This document shows positions 17,634-27,573 of a DNA stretch of 64,000 nucleotides, one piece after another. Within the stretch, counting starts at the first letter, position 1. Each line of letters starts with the position of its first letter. The DNA lies in IMG/VR virus record IMGVR_UViG_3300042554_002914. One strand, given 5' to 3'. The notes under the pieces were generated by a model. It saw nothing but the letters and a program-made list of their open reading frames with translations. It was not told where the DNA came from and made no database searches. Origin of the DNA: a virus (lineage: Duplodnaviria; Heunggongvirae; Uroviricota; Caudoviricetes). Made by a program: the position numbers and the translations under genes.

Positions 17634-17923
17634 GTTGCCTCCTTAATTGGAATGCACAGCCAGTAACGATGCTGTTCATTGATGCGTTGATACTCTGGGC
17701 CGATTTCCCAGGTAGTACGAGCCTCCATCAATGGAAAGTCAGCGCCGGGAAAGCCATAGCTAGAAAACATATCGCCTTCAAATGATGCTGTACCAAACGG
17801 CACAAGTTCAGGGTGCCGAGCGCGAATCACGGCCCAGACTTCTGCGCTTGTTTCGACTTTTCTGTAGCCTTCATCGGTCAACCTCCCGGCGAAGCTCATC
17901 GGCGCTGCCTTTGTTCCCGACAC
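17630..17923 (-). CDS. Hypothetical protein
   Basis: 97 aa coupled ORF. Confidence 0.5.
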   Translation of the reverse strand: MSGTKAAPMSFAGRLTDEGYRKVETSAEVWAVIRARHPELVPFGTASFEGDMFSSYGFPGADFPLMEARTTWEIGPEYQRINEQHRYWLCIPIKEAT

Positions 17924-19115
17924 GATCGAGCCACGCCGCTACCTCGCGGATTAGGGCGCGGGTTGCCTCTTCATCGCTGGTCGCCATGCCTTTCCAGAAA
18001 GAGTGTAAGGCACTCTTCACCAATCCCCCGACAGGCAAAACCGGTGAAGCAGGCTGGGTGGCTGAGGGCTCCTGCTCCCACCGTTTGATTTCGGACCACT
18101 CCGAGTCAGTGTATTCGCTCTCGTTATTCACATGGGGCGCGGCAGGTTGGGTAACCGGTGGGATTTGCTCCGATTCGGACTGGGCCAGGGCACCCCGCTC
18201 TTCCCTCGGATATGGATCGCAAACCTCCAACCGTGCGCATGTCATTGCGGTCTGATTCAGAACATCGCACCAGGGAATACCGGCGTTTTCCGTAATCGAC
18301 ATTAATACCAGCAAAACATCAGCAGCTTCACTGAGCGGATCGCCATGCTTGCCCCGGATGGCTTCGATCAACTCGGAAGCTTCCAGGAGAAGGTACACGC
18401 CTCGGCTAGACCAACTAAGGTCCCACCCGCGCTTTTTGCACATAGTTAACACACGGGCTGGCAGTGCGTTTGGGGGTTGAGCGGTAGTGGTGGCGCCATC
18501 AGCCTCTTCATTCAGCCACTTAATGATGCGCTTTAATCGCTGAAGTAAATTGTAGTGAGTATAACTATTAGCCCTATAGTCAGAGTTCCCAGTGCAGAAA
18601 TTAAGTGCTCCGGTAAGCAGCTGAACCTCGGCTAATGACAATTGGTAGGGGTGAGAGGTAAACCGAAAAGCCCGCACTCCTCTAATGCCCCGCAAAAGCG
18701 TTTCGTGATCCACATCCGGGTGCCGGCCGCAAGCTCTGTAGAAGACATCAAGCAGCTGTCCGTCAGCATTTTTCCCTTCAGGGTCGATGTAGGCGGCTGG
18801 CAATGCGTGCCCCTTTGGGGGAATCCCTGAGTCGGCCCGAGCGGCGGCGTCAGCTTCTCCGAGCAAATAACCTTCCGCCAATCCATCTTCGCGGCCACGC
18901 CTATAATCAGAAGTTTCATTGTTTAAGACCCATGCCTCCGACTGGGTGGCGGCCTCTGGTGAGGCCAGAGCGTCTACAATCTCAGACAAAGTCTTCTGTA
19001 CGTCAAGCAACTGAGCGTCCTTGGATTCTGCTGAGACGCAGCAAAGGCCCTCAGACACCTCATTCAATGCCTCTTTAACCTTCTCGGAGCATAGTGCCAT
19101 AAGATTGCTATTCAT
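17871..19115 (-). CDS. Mosaic protein with MazG-like NTP pyrophosphohydrolase domain
   Basis: LLLEASELIEAI..GDPLSEAADVLLVL. Confidence 0.6.
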   Translation of the reverse strand: MNSNLMALCSEKVKEALNEVSEGLCCVSAESKDAQLLDVQKTLSEIVDALASPEAATQSEAWVLNNETSDYRRGREDGLAEGYLLGEADAAARADSGIPPKGHALPAAYIDPEGKNADGQLLDVFYRACGRHPDVDHETLLRGIRGVRAFRFTSHPYQLSLAEVQLLTGALNFCTGNSDYRANSYTHYNLLQRLKRIIKWLNEEADGATTTAQPPNALPARVLTMCKKRGWDLSWSSRGVYLLLEASELIEAIRGKHGDPLSEAADVLLVLMSITENAGIPWCDVLNQTAMTCARLEVCDPYPREERGALAQSESEQIPPVTQPAAPHVNNESEYTDSEWSEIKRWEQEPSATQPASPVLPVGGLVKSALHSFWKGMATSDEEATRALIREVAAWLDRVGNKGSADELRREVDR

Positions 19116-19792
19116 GGTTTTTCTGATTGGTAATTGGTGGTTGATTGTTGATGGTTTAATAAAGCTTTCAACTCAGCTATTTCAGCGGCTTGCCGTTGTT
19201 CAAGAGTGGGGGGCTTGGGTATCGCACGGTACGCGGCTAGGGCGTCTTCTTTCGTGGGCCAACTGAATTTCTCTATGAACTTCGGGTATGGATCGGTGCT
19301 TAATTCCCATTTACTTTCTTTATTTAAGAAATATTTCCGGTCTCTTACTACCCACTTTGTGTTCTCACGGTCGCAGGCTTCAATACAAATTACGCTGTGA
19401 TGGTGTGTATAATGGAACCTAAAAGGTACTGGTTCCGGTATGGGCCCTAAAAAAGAAGGCTCTTTGATCCAGCGGACTAGGCCCAAAAGGGTATCCGTAG
19501 CATCCATTGATTCCCAGTGAACCCAGCGTAGTGTACCGTCCACATTTTGTTCTAAATCACCATCAATAAACCCCTGACCATCCAAAAAGCGTAGAATCTC
19601 GTCGTCAGTCCTAGTATGTTTGGTACCACCAGCAAGCTCCCTTAGCAAAGCAGTTCGATACTGCCCCATTGATTGAAAACTCATAGCGAAATCATCGTCA
19701 GCGATTAGGCTTCGAATGTCGTTTGTCATGTTTGATTTAGGGGTTACAAGGTTCGTCAGAAAAGGTTTAATGCCATCGCCTGGGCCCAACAC
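19112..19792 (-). CDS. Hypothetical protein
   Basis: 226 aa ORF. Confidence 0.55.
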   Translation of the reverse strand: MLGPGDGIKPFLTNLVTPKSNMTNDIRSLIADDDFAMSFQSMGQYRTALLRELAGGTKHTRTDDEILRFLDGQGFIDGDLEQNVDGTLRWVHWESMDATDTLLGLVRWIKEPSFLGPIPEPVPFRFHYTHHHSVICIEACDRENTKWVVRDRKYFLNKESKWELSTDPYPKFIEKFSWPTKEDALAAYRAIPKPPTLEQRQAAEIAELKALLNHQQSTTNYQSEKP

Positions 19793-19876
19793 AGGATCAG
19801 GGTTTGGAGGGCAATTATGACGTTGAGTTTATTACCAGTGGGGACCTGAAAGTAAATTTTAAAGTCCGGGGAGTGT

Positions 19877-20089
19877 TTAGTTGCCATTTCCCCAAAGCTC
19901 TTCATAAGTTTGCTTGACGGTGTCTTTCTTATTAAGTGGGTGGTCGTCGTTCCATTCGCCAATTTCTTTTGATTGAATAGACATTACCGTGGGGTAGAGG
20001 TGCTTTATGTTCTCAATGAAATACACAATATCATCTTCAGACATGTCCTCAAAGTTCAGCACTAGAACTTCAACTTTGTATGCTTTCAT
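19877..20089 (-). CDS. Hypothetical protein
   Basis: 70 aa ORF. Confidence 0.55.
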   Translation of the reverse strand: MKAYKVEVLVLNFEDMSEDDIVYFIENIKHLYPTVMSIQSKEIGEWNDDHPLNKKDTVKQTYEELWGNGN

Positions 20090-20673
20090 TGCCCCCTAGT
20101 TTCTGGGTTATAATCAGGAAGTGGCATCCAGTGAGTTGGGGGGAAAGGATGTGGCCACCTTACGAATTTACCATCTTCGGGCCAAACACAGTACGGGTCT
20201 GTTGTATAGCGAGTCCCATTGCCAACTCTAACATCCACGGCAATCACAACAAACATTCGGTAAGGCTCCCGAACTTTGGGGGCGGTACTAATTGGGAGCC
20301 ATTCCCCAGCTTCGGCCCCCCTACCATAACTCAACGTTCCCTCAGCAATCATTAATTCGATATTAGTCCATACGGACTCTTGAAAGGGACACTCAACTAC
20401 CCAATTACCAAGAGAACTGAGAAGTCCAAAAGGGGCATCTAGCGTTCGCTCAATGAGTCGCAGCCTGGAACCAACTTGATAGACATAACCAGCCAGAGTC
20501 CTGAAAGGCTTTTCAACTACAAGGACATCGCCAGCTTGAGGTAGACATTCGGGGCGAGGGAACTCGGATGAGCCTCTGCAATAATAATTGGCGTTGTTCA
20601 CCACCGAAATGGTGTAGGTTGGTTTGGGCATTGGTTTTGGCATTGGGTTGAACGTTGGGTTGATGTGTTCCAT
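20086..20673 (-). CDS. Protein with C-terminal DUF551-like domain
   Basis: WLPISTAPK..PTHWMPLP. Confidence 0.6.
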   Translation of the reverse strand: MEHINPTFNPMPKPMPKPTYTISVVNNANYYCRGSSEFPRPECLPQAGDVLVVEKPFRTLAGYVYQVGSRLRLIERTLDAPFGLLSSLGNWVVECPFQESVWTNIELMIAEGTLSYGRGAEAGEWLPISTAPKVREPYRMFVVIAVDVRVGNGTRYTTDPYCVWPEDGKFVRWPHPFPPTHWMPLPDYNPETRGQ

Positions 20674-20679
20674 GGGGCT

Positions 20680-20721
20680 ATCATACCTTGAGCGAGGGGT
20701 CAGGTAAAGATCGGTTAACCG
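20680..20721 (-). promoter_or_regulatory. Class C promoter (CGGTTAACCG + TTTACC-17-TATGAT)
   Basis: Same architecture at 39849, 41710, 42582. Confidence 0.65.
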
Positions 20722-20723
20722 CC

Positions 20724-20975
20724 CTACCCGTCAAACTCTGAAAGTTCTTTCTTAGCGGCTTCCTTCCCAAGCAACCTTTTCTCTTTGCTATGCAAGACCT
20801 TTCCATGGGAACAAAGTTTGCATCGCGGGTTTCCGCAATCGATTGGGTCAGAATTGTAGGTGCGCCCAAAGGTTATACCATTAGGGTTGATGCCGTTATT
20901 CAAACTACCTAGCAATCTTAACCATTTATTCCTCAAACGTTCCGCATGGTGGCGTCTTCGGGCTGACTTTGCCAT
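20724..20975 (-). CDS. Hypothetical protein
   Basis: 83 aa with CGNPRCKLC. Confidence 0.55.
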   Translation of the reverse strand: MAKSARRRHHAERLRNKWLRLLGSLNNGINPNGITFGRTYNSDPIDCGNPRCKLCSHGKVLHSKEKRLLGKEAAKKELSEFDG

Positions 20976-20990
20976 TTTGGTCCCGGGGTT

Positions 20991-21173
20991 TTACAGTTCT
21001 AGATAGCTAACGACGAAGTAAAGCCAACCGATACCACAAACAATTATACCAAGGGGTTGATTCAGAATTGCTAAGCCAATGACGGTTAAAATGGTTCCGA
21101 CAGCGATCAGAATGTAAGGTTTGGGCATTGGGTTTTGTTGAGATGGGTGTGATCCGATGCCATTATAGGACAA
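20991..21173 (-). CDS. Small membrane protein
   Basis: Two hydrophobic segments. Confidence 0.5.
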   Translation of the reverse strand: MSYNGIGSHPSQQNPMPKPYILIAVGTILTVIGLAILNQPLGIIVCGIGWLYFVVSYLEL

Positions 21174-21232
21174 GTTTTCCCTGGGGACACGGTCGGTTTT
21201 CCGAACCCATAATTAAAACTTCGAAGCCAAAA

Positions 21233-21314
21233 TACCGAATGTCGGACTCGAACCGACACGCCTTGCGGCAATCGCTTTTGAGGCGACCGTGACTACCAAT
21301 TCCACCAATTCGGC
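21233..21314 (-). tRNA. tRNA-Leu(CAA)
   Basis: Cloverleaf with long variable arm; loop CT CAA AA. Confidence 0.9.
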
Positions 21315-21436
21315 TTGTTGCTCCGAGGGGCAAATAGGAGCAGGGGAAGTCGAAGTGCCATTAATGTGCCATCAGCATAGCACCCCCCCTGAGTAGAAGT
21401 CAGGGCCTGTAGTTAACCCAGGGCCAAATCCAAAGA

Positions 21437-21706
21437 TCAACCAATACTCAAGTAAGCCCTAGCCTCTACAATTTCCAAGCCATCCCCACCGAAAGTAAAC
21501 GCAGTCTGGATGCCCCTATGATTTGAAAACGGGCTAGAGATTGTCACCGTTAGAGAGTCAGGGTTATCTAACTCCCCATAGGAAACTCTGCCCAGGGTCA
21601 ACCAGTTAGATTGGAATCTATTGATGATAGACTCTTTTGAAAGTCGTGGGTATTGGGATTGCATTTGTTTGCTAAGGCTGCCCCCTAAATCAGGCAGTGA
21701 GTACAC
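21437..21706 (-). CDS. Hypothetical protein
   Basis: 89 aa ORF. Confidence 0.5.
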   Translation of the reverse strand: MYSLPDLGGSLSKQMQSQYPRLSKESIINRFQSNWLTLGRVSYGELDNPDSLTVTISSPFSNHRGIQTAFTFGGDGLEIVEARAYLSIG

Positions 21707-22133
21707 ATGGGGTAGATTTACCCAACTTGCTGAAATTGGCTGTTGTCACTAGTTTTACTGATTGACTGCCGGACATCTTGGCCTCCGATTGGGCACCAGC
21801 CAGCAATTTCATTTGCTTTAGGGTAGCCAGCATTTCGGTAGCTTCCTTGGCGCCATCACGGTTGGCGATAGCAAGTTTGGAATGGTTTTTGCGGGCAGAG
21901 CCATAATCACTCCCATATTGCGCCCACCAAGCATCTTGCTGCTCGATGTCCCAATCATAGGAAAACACAGGCACATCAGAGACGGCGTGTTGGTTGGTGC
22001 GGATTTGATTTTTGCGGTTGCGTTGGCCCTGGCTGAGTTGGCTGTAGGCTTGCTGCCAGTCGGCAATGGCTTGAAGGTAGGTTTCCTTAGTAGTGAAAGC
22101 GGTGAAGGTGGTGAATGCGGCTAGTGTTGTCAT
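21690..22133 (-). CDS. Hypothetical protein
   Basis: 147 aa ORF. Confidence 0.55.
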   Translation of the reverse strand: MTTLAAFTTFTAFTTKETYLQAIADWQQAYSQLSQGQRNRKNQIRTNQHAVSDVPVFSYDWDIEQQDAWWAQYGSDYGSARKNHSKLAIANRDGAKEATEMLATLKQMKLLAGAQSEAKMSGSQSVKLVTTANFSKLGKSTPCVLTA

Positions 22134-22169
22134 TGTTTTTGTTGTGTGTGTTTTGGTGTGGGCTATCGA

Positions 22170-22481
22170 CTAGGCTAGTGTCAATTTGGGTTGAGATGCG
22201 GGCACGGGGACACCATGCTTATTGATGTACTCAAGGACGGCTTCGGAAAATTTCTTACTGGAATAAGTGATGAAAGGATTGAAATCATCATCATCATCTT
22301 CCCATACCCAGACCCCATTTTCATAGTAAATATCCATCACCTGGTGGGTGTCTTCCTGGCCATTGAACCTTGTTTCACTCACGGTGGCACAGTCGGTCCC
22401 GATATTGTAAATTTTTACGGTTTCCCCTAATACCTCAAAGAGATATGAGATGTGGGGAGTGTAGGGCTGAGGTAGGGTCAT
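22170..22481 (-). CDS. Hypothetical acidic protein
   Basis: 103 aa ORF. Confidence 0.55.
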   Translation of the reverse strand: MTLPQPYTPHISYLFEVLGETVKIYNIGTDCATVSETRFNGQEDTHQVMDIYYENGVWVWEDDDDDFNPFITYSSKKFSEAVLEYINKHGVPVPASQPKLTLA

Positions 22482-22581
22482 TGTTTGTGGTTGCTGTTGA
22501 AGCGATTAAAGCTGTGATTGTTGCGTTTCCATTGTAGCTTAAAGGGGGAGCTGAGTCAAGGGGTTGACCGATCCCCGACCA

Positions 22582-23814
22582 TCACTCAATCCAATGGGGG
22601 ACCACTCGGCTTGTGTCAAGGACAATCGGCCGGTCATGGTCCCTAATGATGATGCCTGCGGGTTCATTACCAACAACCCAAGACCCGATGACTGCCCGAT
22701 TGTCACCGTCCTGGAAAAGATCGGCTTTTTTCTGGTAGATGCGGGGCCCATCATACTTGCCAGTAGTTCTAGAGGTTACCATGCCGGACTCAACAATGTC
22801 AATGTTGGCCCCTTCCCGGCTCAGCATAGGCTTTACCACGTAGGATGTGGGATTTAGTTTTCCGGATGAAAACGCCTCTAATTGTTCTGGTGTCCCATGC
22901 TCCCGGAGATTCAGCCAATCCCAATCATCCACCGGGATGCCACCCTCAGTGAAACTGGCTGGAAGGATGTTAGGGTGGTCTGGAAACATCTCATGGAGAA
23001 TAGGCAAGATGCCCTTATTGCTCAGGATTGATTTCCAGATTGGCTCTACAATTCCAGAGGAACCTTTAATAGTGTGTAATCCAAACTCATCCCCCATCAT
23101 CCATTCCCATGGGTATAGCTTGAACCAATACTTAATCGGATTCTCTTGGATGTCAGTGAAGTTTTCTCCATTCCAGCCAATGTCCCCCAAATCAATAAAA
23201 TCTGTAGTTAACCCAGCCTGAGTAGCTAAATCTTGGAAGTAAACCAGGGTCTGATACTCCTCTAGGCTTTCAGAATAACCTGCAAATACAAACTTGTGGC
23301 CGAACGGTACCCTTTGCCTGATTTCCCTGAATTGGTCAATAAGTTTTTCATGCAAAGAGTTGAATTGGTCTTTTCCGGGCTTAACATCCTGCAACCAGAA
23401 CCATTGCATTAGCGCCGATTCAATAACCATTGTAGGAGTGTCTGCATTGTATTCCAACATCTTAGGTTGGCTGTCCCCCGTATATGCAAAGTCAAACCTG
23501 CCATATAGAGATGGGTCGCATTGCTTCCAGGATTTGGAAATCGCGGAGTGATATGCTGAGGGAATTCCGATTTTTGCCATTAACTCTGAATCACCCACAA
23601 CCTTGTCCACAGCATCGAGGCACCGGAGTTGGCATTCCCGTGTGGCATCTTCAAGTTCGTCAATTTCAGCCATAGAAAACTCATAGGCCACAGATTCATC
23701 CCAATAAGTTCCCTCCCCATCTTTTGATGAGGTACCCGATGTGTGGTAGGTGAACCCAATCTCTTCAGCTTTTTCTTGCCAATTAACGCGAGGTTGTAGG
23801 GTGTGACGTTTCAT
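22582..23814 (-). CDS. Glutathionylspermidine-synthase-family ATP-grasp ligase (YgiC-like)
   Basis: YWDES..Y, LYGRFDF, MLEYNADTPT, FKLYPWE, SNKGILP, KP.LSREGANI, IGSW. Confidence 0.93.
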   Translation of the reverse strand: MKRHTLQPRVNWQEKAEEIGFTYHTSGTSSKDGEGTYWDESVAYEFSMAEIDELEDATRECQLRCLDAVDKVVGDSELMAKIGIPSAYHSAISKSWKQCDPSLYGRFDFAYTGDSQPKMLEYNADTPTMVIESALMQWFWLQDVKPGKDQFNSLHEKLIDQFREIRQRVPFGHKFVFAGYSESLEEYQTLVYFQDLATQAGLTTDFIDLGDIGWNGENFTDIQENPIKYWFKLYPWEWMMGDEFGLHTIKGSSGIVEPIWKSILSNKGILPILHEMFPDHPNILPASFTEGGIPVDDWDWLNLREHGTPEQLEAFSSGKLNPTSYVVKPMLSREGANIDIVESGMVTSRTTGKYDGPRIYQKKADLFQDGDNRAVIGSWVVGNEPAGIIIRDHDRPIVLDTSRVVPHWIE

Positions 23815-23898
23815 TTTTCTGTTTGGGTTGGCGGGTTGGTGCCCGGTATGAAAATTTGGGAGTCTACCCAGCCACTATAGCACAGCTTAACCCTGCAA

Positions 23899-24675
23899 TC
23901 AACTCCCACTGCCAAACCCTCGACCGCCCCCTCCGAATCCGCTCCGTGCCGATGACCCAACGGATGCTGGCCGAGACGACGTAAACGATGAGCGGCCATA
24001 GCCACCTACAGAGCCCCTAATCGATGCACTACGGGCAGATGGCACATAGTTGCTGCTTAATGCCAAAGTGCGCCCGCTAGATGGGTTGGCGCGAATGTAG
24101 GAGGTTCGCATTCCTTCCGTCAGGGAATTGGATCGAATTCCGGAGAACCCATACGAGTAATAATAAGGAGTCGGATACCAACCGCCAAGAACAACAACTG
24201 AGGTTCGATCATAATCGTCGTCCTGATTATCAAAGACCGATGGCCCCGCAACTACGGCTCGCTCCTTAAGCTCATCAGCAGTAAGGGGCCGCTCGTTGAT
24301 ATAGCCTTCTTCATCCTCGTATTCTGCTGTTTTTTGATCGTAGCCTTGGAGATATACAGGGCGACTATTCGCCATGAACCCCACCATTTTAGGCAACCAA
24401 ACTGTGGCACCGTCTAAAGTTACTTCGGAACATTCCTGATGACCTGCCGTCTTGCAATTAGCAGTGCTGGGGTAGCGAGGTGCCTTGAGCAGGTGGCTAA
24501 ATGCTGCCCGATCATAATGCTGCTTGCAATCTTTGGTTCCAGACTTTTCACATTCTTCTACAGTTGGAAAAATCTTCTGACCTTCCAAGCTGGGTTGGGG
24601 TTTGGAGCAAGCTGTCAATGTGATGGCCGTCATGGATGCAATGAGGACCAAAGAGATGGATTGTGTGTGTTTCAT
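23899..24675 (-). CDS. DUF1190 (YgiB-like) lipoprotein with Gly/Arg/Ser-rich tail
   Basis: Lipobox LTAC; F.TVEEC..C..APRY..C; tail SGFGGGGRGFGSGS; directly upstream of the GspS-like gene. Confidence 0.8.
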   Translation of the reverse strand: MKHTQSISLVLIASMTAITLTACSKPQPSLEGQKIFPTVEECEKSGTKDCKQHYDRAAFSHLLKAPRYPSTANCKTAGHQECSEVTLDGATVWLPKMVGFMANSRPVYLQGYDQKTAEYEDEEGYINERPLTADELKERAVVAGPSVFDNQDDDYDRTSVVVLGGWYPTPYYYSYGFSGIRSNSLTEGMRTSYIRANPSSGRTLALSSNYVPSARSASIRGSVGGYGRSSFTSSRPASVGSSARSGFGGGGRGFGSGS

Positions 24676-25104
24676 TGTTGGTGGTTGGACTTTATATGTA
24701 TGGTAAGGCCTATAGTAGGGGGTTTAGAAACCCATTGAAGTTAGGCGCTAAAACCAGCATGAGCCCCCCTGGCGAAACTCAGCTTGAATCTGCTTGTAGG
24801 TGCAGCGTTTATTGTCCGCAGGACTAACCCATAGCAACCCTTCAGGAAGCTCCGTACACTCGGAGAGAAGTTTGACTTCAATGTCTTTGATCTTAATGTC
24901 AGGAATCATCTTGGTTTTAATGTCAGGAATTGCTTTTTGGACAAGCTTTTTTTAAAGCCATGATGGCGGAAAGGGTGTTTCGAACTTCAGTCGGGGTTCT
25001 GCACCACCCTAAAGCATTGGAAACTTGTTTGCGGCGGGAGCATATCTCCTCGGCCCAAAATCTAAACAGTTCGGCATCTTTGTCATCGTTGGGGGCATCC
25101 ATAT

Positions 25105-25452
25105 TTAGTCTTTGTGTCCTGAATCTGCATTCCGCTCAAAACCCGAAGCAATAGATCTGATATAACTTTGAGTCTCCTCAGTCACACCGAGTTGGTTATC
25201 GGGGGATATTCTCGCAAGGATTGCCTTACCGATTTGTTGCCAAATAGTTAAGGGTTTCGGTGGCAAGGGTACCCATTGGCTGTGTCTAAAGCAAGCCCAA
25301 TGCGAGCCCGATAGTGCTGGGTTATTGACCAAAGAACAAGAATCACTGCAAAGATTGCAAAAGCGGTATCGATCTTTGTTCTCTTGCGAGACGAAGTCAC
25401 CAGGGGTGCTGTGGCCGCATGTAGAGCAGTTTTTGATTGGGAGTTCGCTCAT
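25105..25452 (-). CDS. Cys-rich hypothetical protein
   Basis: CSTCGH, CNLCSDSC. Confidence 0.55.
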   Translation of the reverse strand: MSELPIKNCSTCGHSTPGDFVSQENKDRYRFCNLCSDSCSLVNNPALSGSHWACFRHSQWVPLPPKPLTIWQQIGKAILARISPDNQLGVTEETQSYIRSIASGFERNADSGHKD

Positions 25453-25567
25453 TGTTCTTAGTGTGGGGAATCGAATGCGGGACTTTGATTGGCCCTGATG
25501 GTCTGTGGCGGGGTAAATTCTTAGCGCCTTAACTTAGCTACTATAGATTGTTTTCTCTGGGATTGCC

Positions 25568-25616
25568 GATGCGGTTATCTCTACTAAAAGGTTCGGTAAT
25601 TACACCATCGGAAGGA
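25568..25616 (-). promoter_or_regulatory. Class B repeat (copy 2, lacks TTGACT)
   Basis: GGTTCGGTAATTACACCATCGG core identical to other copies. Confidence 0.65.
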
Positions 25617-25667
25617 AGGAGCACCTTACCGCATGGGTGACGAACCTTGTGCATCATCACCGATAAG

Positions 25668-26129
25668 TCAATAAAGGCCCAGAAGTTTACGATCTTCGAG
25701 GTCGAGTTTTGCAAGGGCAGCTTGCCGTTTACGGTGTTTTTCTTCTTCTTCAAGACGAGAGCGTCTAATGGACTCAATCACTGAGAAGGCATTATCGATA
25801 TCGTATTCCAGATTAACGTAGTCAGAGTAAGAGTAGTCATCTTGAGATACCGTAAAATTAAGGCTATTATCTGAGAGGCCGAAGTTTGAATTATGGATGG
25901 TAAGTTCGAATTTATTGGATTCCGGTTGTTTTAAGGTATAGTCAATAACCTCTTTATCAAGTTCTGAAAGCAAATTAAGGATAAGACGAGGTAAACCCTG
26001 GAAGTAGGCATCCATTTCCTTAACCATAACAGCTTCTGCAAGAGCTTTTTCTTCGGCTTCTTTTTCCAGACGTTGCTGCTTGCGGAGAGCTTTTTCTTCG
26101 TCGGATAGTGGTTGTTTGGGGCTTGGCAT
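25668..26129 (-). CDS. Hypothetical protein, family ending L..E.R..LG
   Basis: 153 aa; tail shared with 26718 and 27150. Confidence 0.6.
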   Translation of the reverse strand: MPSPKQPLSDEEKALRKQQRLEKEAEEKALAEAVMVKEMDAYFQGLPRLILNLLSELDKEVIDYTLKQPESNKFELTIHNSNFGLSDNSLNFTVSQDDYSYSDYVNLEYDIDNAFSVIESIRRSRLEEEEKHRKRQAALAKLDLEDRKLLGLY

Positions 26130-26196
26130 GGTTTGCTTAGGGTTTGGGGGGCTGGAGGGTGTTGGTGCTATTATAGTTTGTTTGCTTTCGGGTATG

Positions 26197-26253
26197 GGTG
26201 CGGATTCCCGTACTTTTAGGTTCGGTAATTACACCATCGGAAGCCGAAGTCAA
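26197..26253 (-). promoter_or_regulatory. Class B repeat (copy 3)
   Basis: Near-identical to 14284..14340. Confidence 0.75.
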
Positions 26254-26603
26254 AACCCTGGTAGGCCACAATCCTTAAGCCAACCCTCATACCAAACCCT
26301 GGCAGAACCTGTGATAACTTCCCGCACCATGTCAGTCAGGATCCACCCCTGGCTTGAATGAAATGCCGTGTCCTTTAGTTGCACATACCGGTGACCTGCC
26401 CAGTAGTCTAGAAACGTCCGGTCTTCGTTAGGGAAGAGATCAAAAAGTAGCTGACTCATGAGCGGGCGCTTCTCAATGCCTCGACTTATTTTGTCAAGCG
26501 TAACTTTGATGGCCCCTAGTTGGTCTTGAGTAAGGGTGTTTTTCGGGATTGCATCAAGGTTGACTTTTCCAGTGGAGGTCGTTGCTAGTGGATGATAAGG
26601 CAT
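26250..26603 (-). CDS. Hypothetical protein
   Basis: 117 aa ORF. Confidence 0.55.
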   Translation of the reverse strand: MPYHPLATTSTGKVNLDAIPKNTLTQDQLGAIKVTLDKISRGIEKRPLMSQLLFDLFPNEDRTFLDYWAGHRYVQLKDTAFHSSQGWILTDMVREVITGSARVWYEGWLKDCGLPGF

Positions 26604-26664
26604 TGGCTCGGGGGGGCATGGTCGAGGTGTTAGGGCTATTGTATGGTGTTTACTAATCGGGTGT

Positions 26665-26721
26665 GGTGCGGATTACCGTACAAAAAGGTTCGGCTATTAC
26701 GCCATCGGAAGTCGAAGTCAA
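26665..26721 (-). promoter_or_regulatory. Class B repeat (copy 4)
   Basis: Near-identical to 14284..14340. Confidence 0.75.
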
Positions 26722-27098
26722 CGAATCCCAAGTGCGTCCCTTTGCTCAGGGGTCAACGCTTCCCTTGCTACCTCCATTGCAGCCCTTCTAGCTTCCGTCT
26801 TAACTTTTTCCGCTTCCTTTTGTTTTCGGTGGTTTTCACACCGCTTCTCATATTCCTCGTCGGTCTCCTCTCTTATTTTGTAGTACTTAGTCTCACACTT
26901 TGCGTACCCATGGCCGTAATCGTGATCAACCCATCTTTCGCTACTTAGGTGGGTGTAACCCTCATCTAAAATACCCTGGAGATACGCAATCGCTCCTGAA
27001 ATCCCCCCATCGAAAATATCAGTGGGGTCGTCAGTGTATTGCTCTTTTTTAGACTGCATTTTGTAGTCAGTTACAGTTAGCCTTTTGAGTTTTGCCAT
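26718..27098 (-). CDS. Hypothetical protein (paralog of 27150)
   Basis: REETDEEY..R, LTPEQRDALG. Confidence 0.65.
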   Translation of the reverse strand: MAKLKRLTVTDYKMQSKKEQYTDDPTDIFDGGISGAIAYLQGILDEGYTHLSSERWVDHDYGHGYAKCETKYYKIREETDEEYEKRCENHRKQKEAEKVKTEARRAAMEVAREALTPEQRDALGIR

Positions 27099-27149
27099 TT
27101 TGCCTTTGTTTTTGTTTTCAAAAGAATTCTAAAGGGATGCCCTAACAGA

Positions 27150-27509
27150 TTATTGACTAATACCCAAAGCATCTCTTTGCTCCTGGGATAGTCCCGCAAT
27201 AGTCACCCTCCGTCTCTCCGCTTTTTCTTCCCTTTCTAATTCAACTTTCAGTCGTGCCTGAAATTCTGCGTCAGTTTCCTCTCTTTCTTTGAAATAGGAA
27301 AGATAAGCTGTACCGGGCCCCTCCCATCCAGAGATGTCTACGTCTAAGGTTGTAAAACCTTCGTCTATGCGAGACTCGATATAGTCCGCAAGTTCCCTTA
27401 GGTTTCTAGGGAGGTACTCCAGGTCATCTTCAAGTTTTTCTTGTCTGTGGATGTTGTGGGCGAACGGCCCTAACTTGTATTCTTTAACTAGTTTCTTTGT
27501 TTTTTCCAT
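27150..27509 (-). CDS. Hypothetical protein (paralog of 26718)
   Basis: REETDAEF..R, LSQEQRDALG. Confidence 0.65.
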   Translation of the reverse strand: MEKTKKLVKEYKLGPFAHNIHRQEKLEDDLEYLPRNLRELADYIESRIDEGFTTLDVDISGWEGPGTAYLSYFKEREETDAEFQARLKVELEREEKAERRRVTIAGLSQEQRDALGISQ

Positions 27510-27573
27510 TTTGATTCAGTGATTTGTTGTGTGGGGGGGGTCCTAATCCCTTAGTATTCCAGCCAATGTAAAG

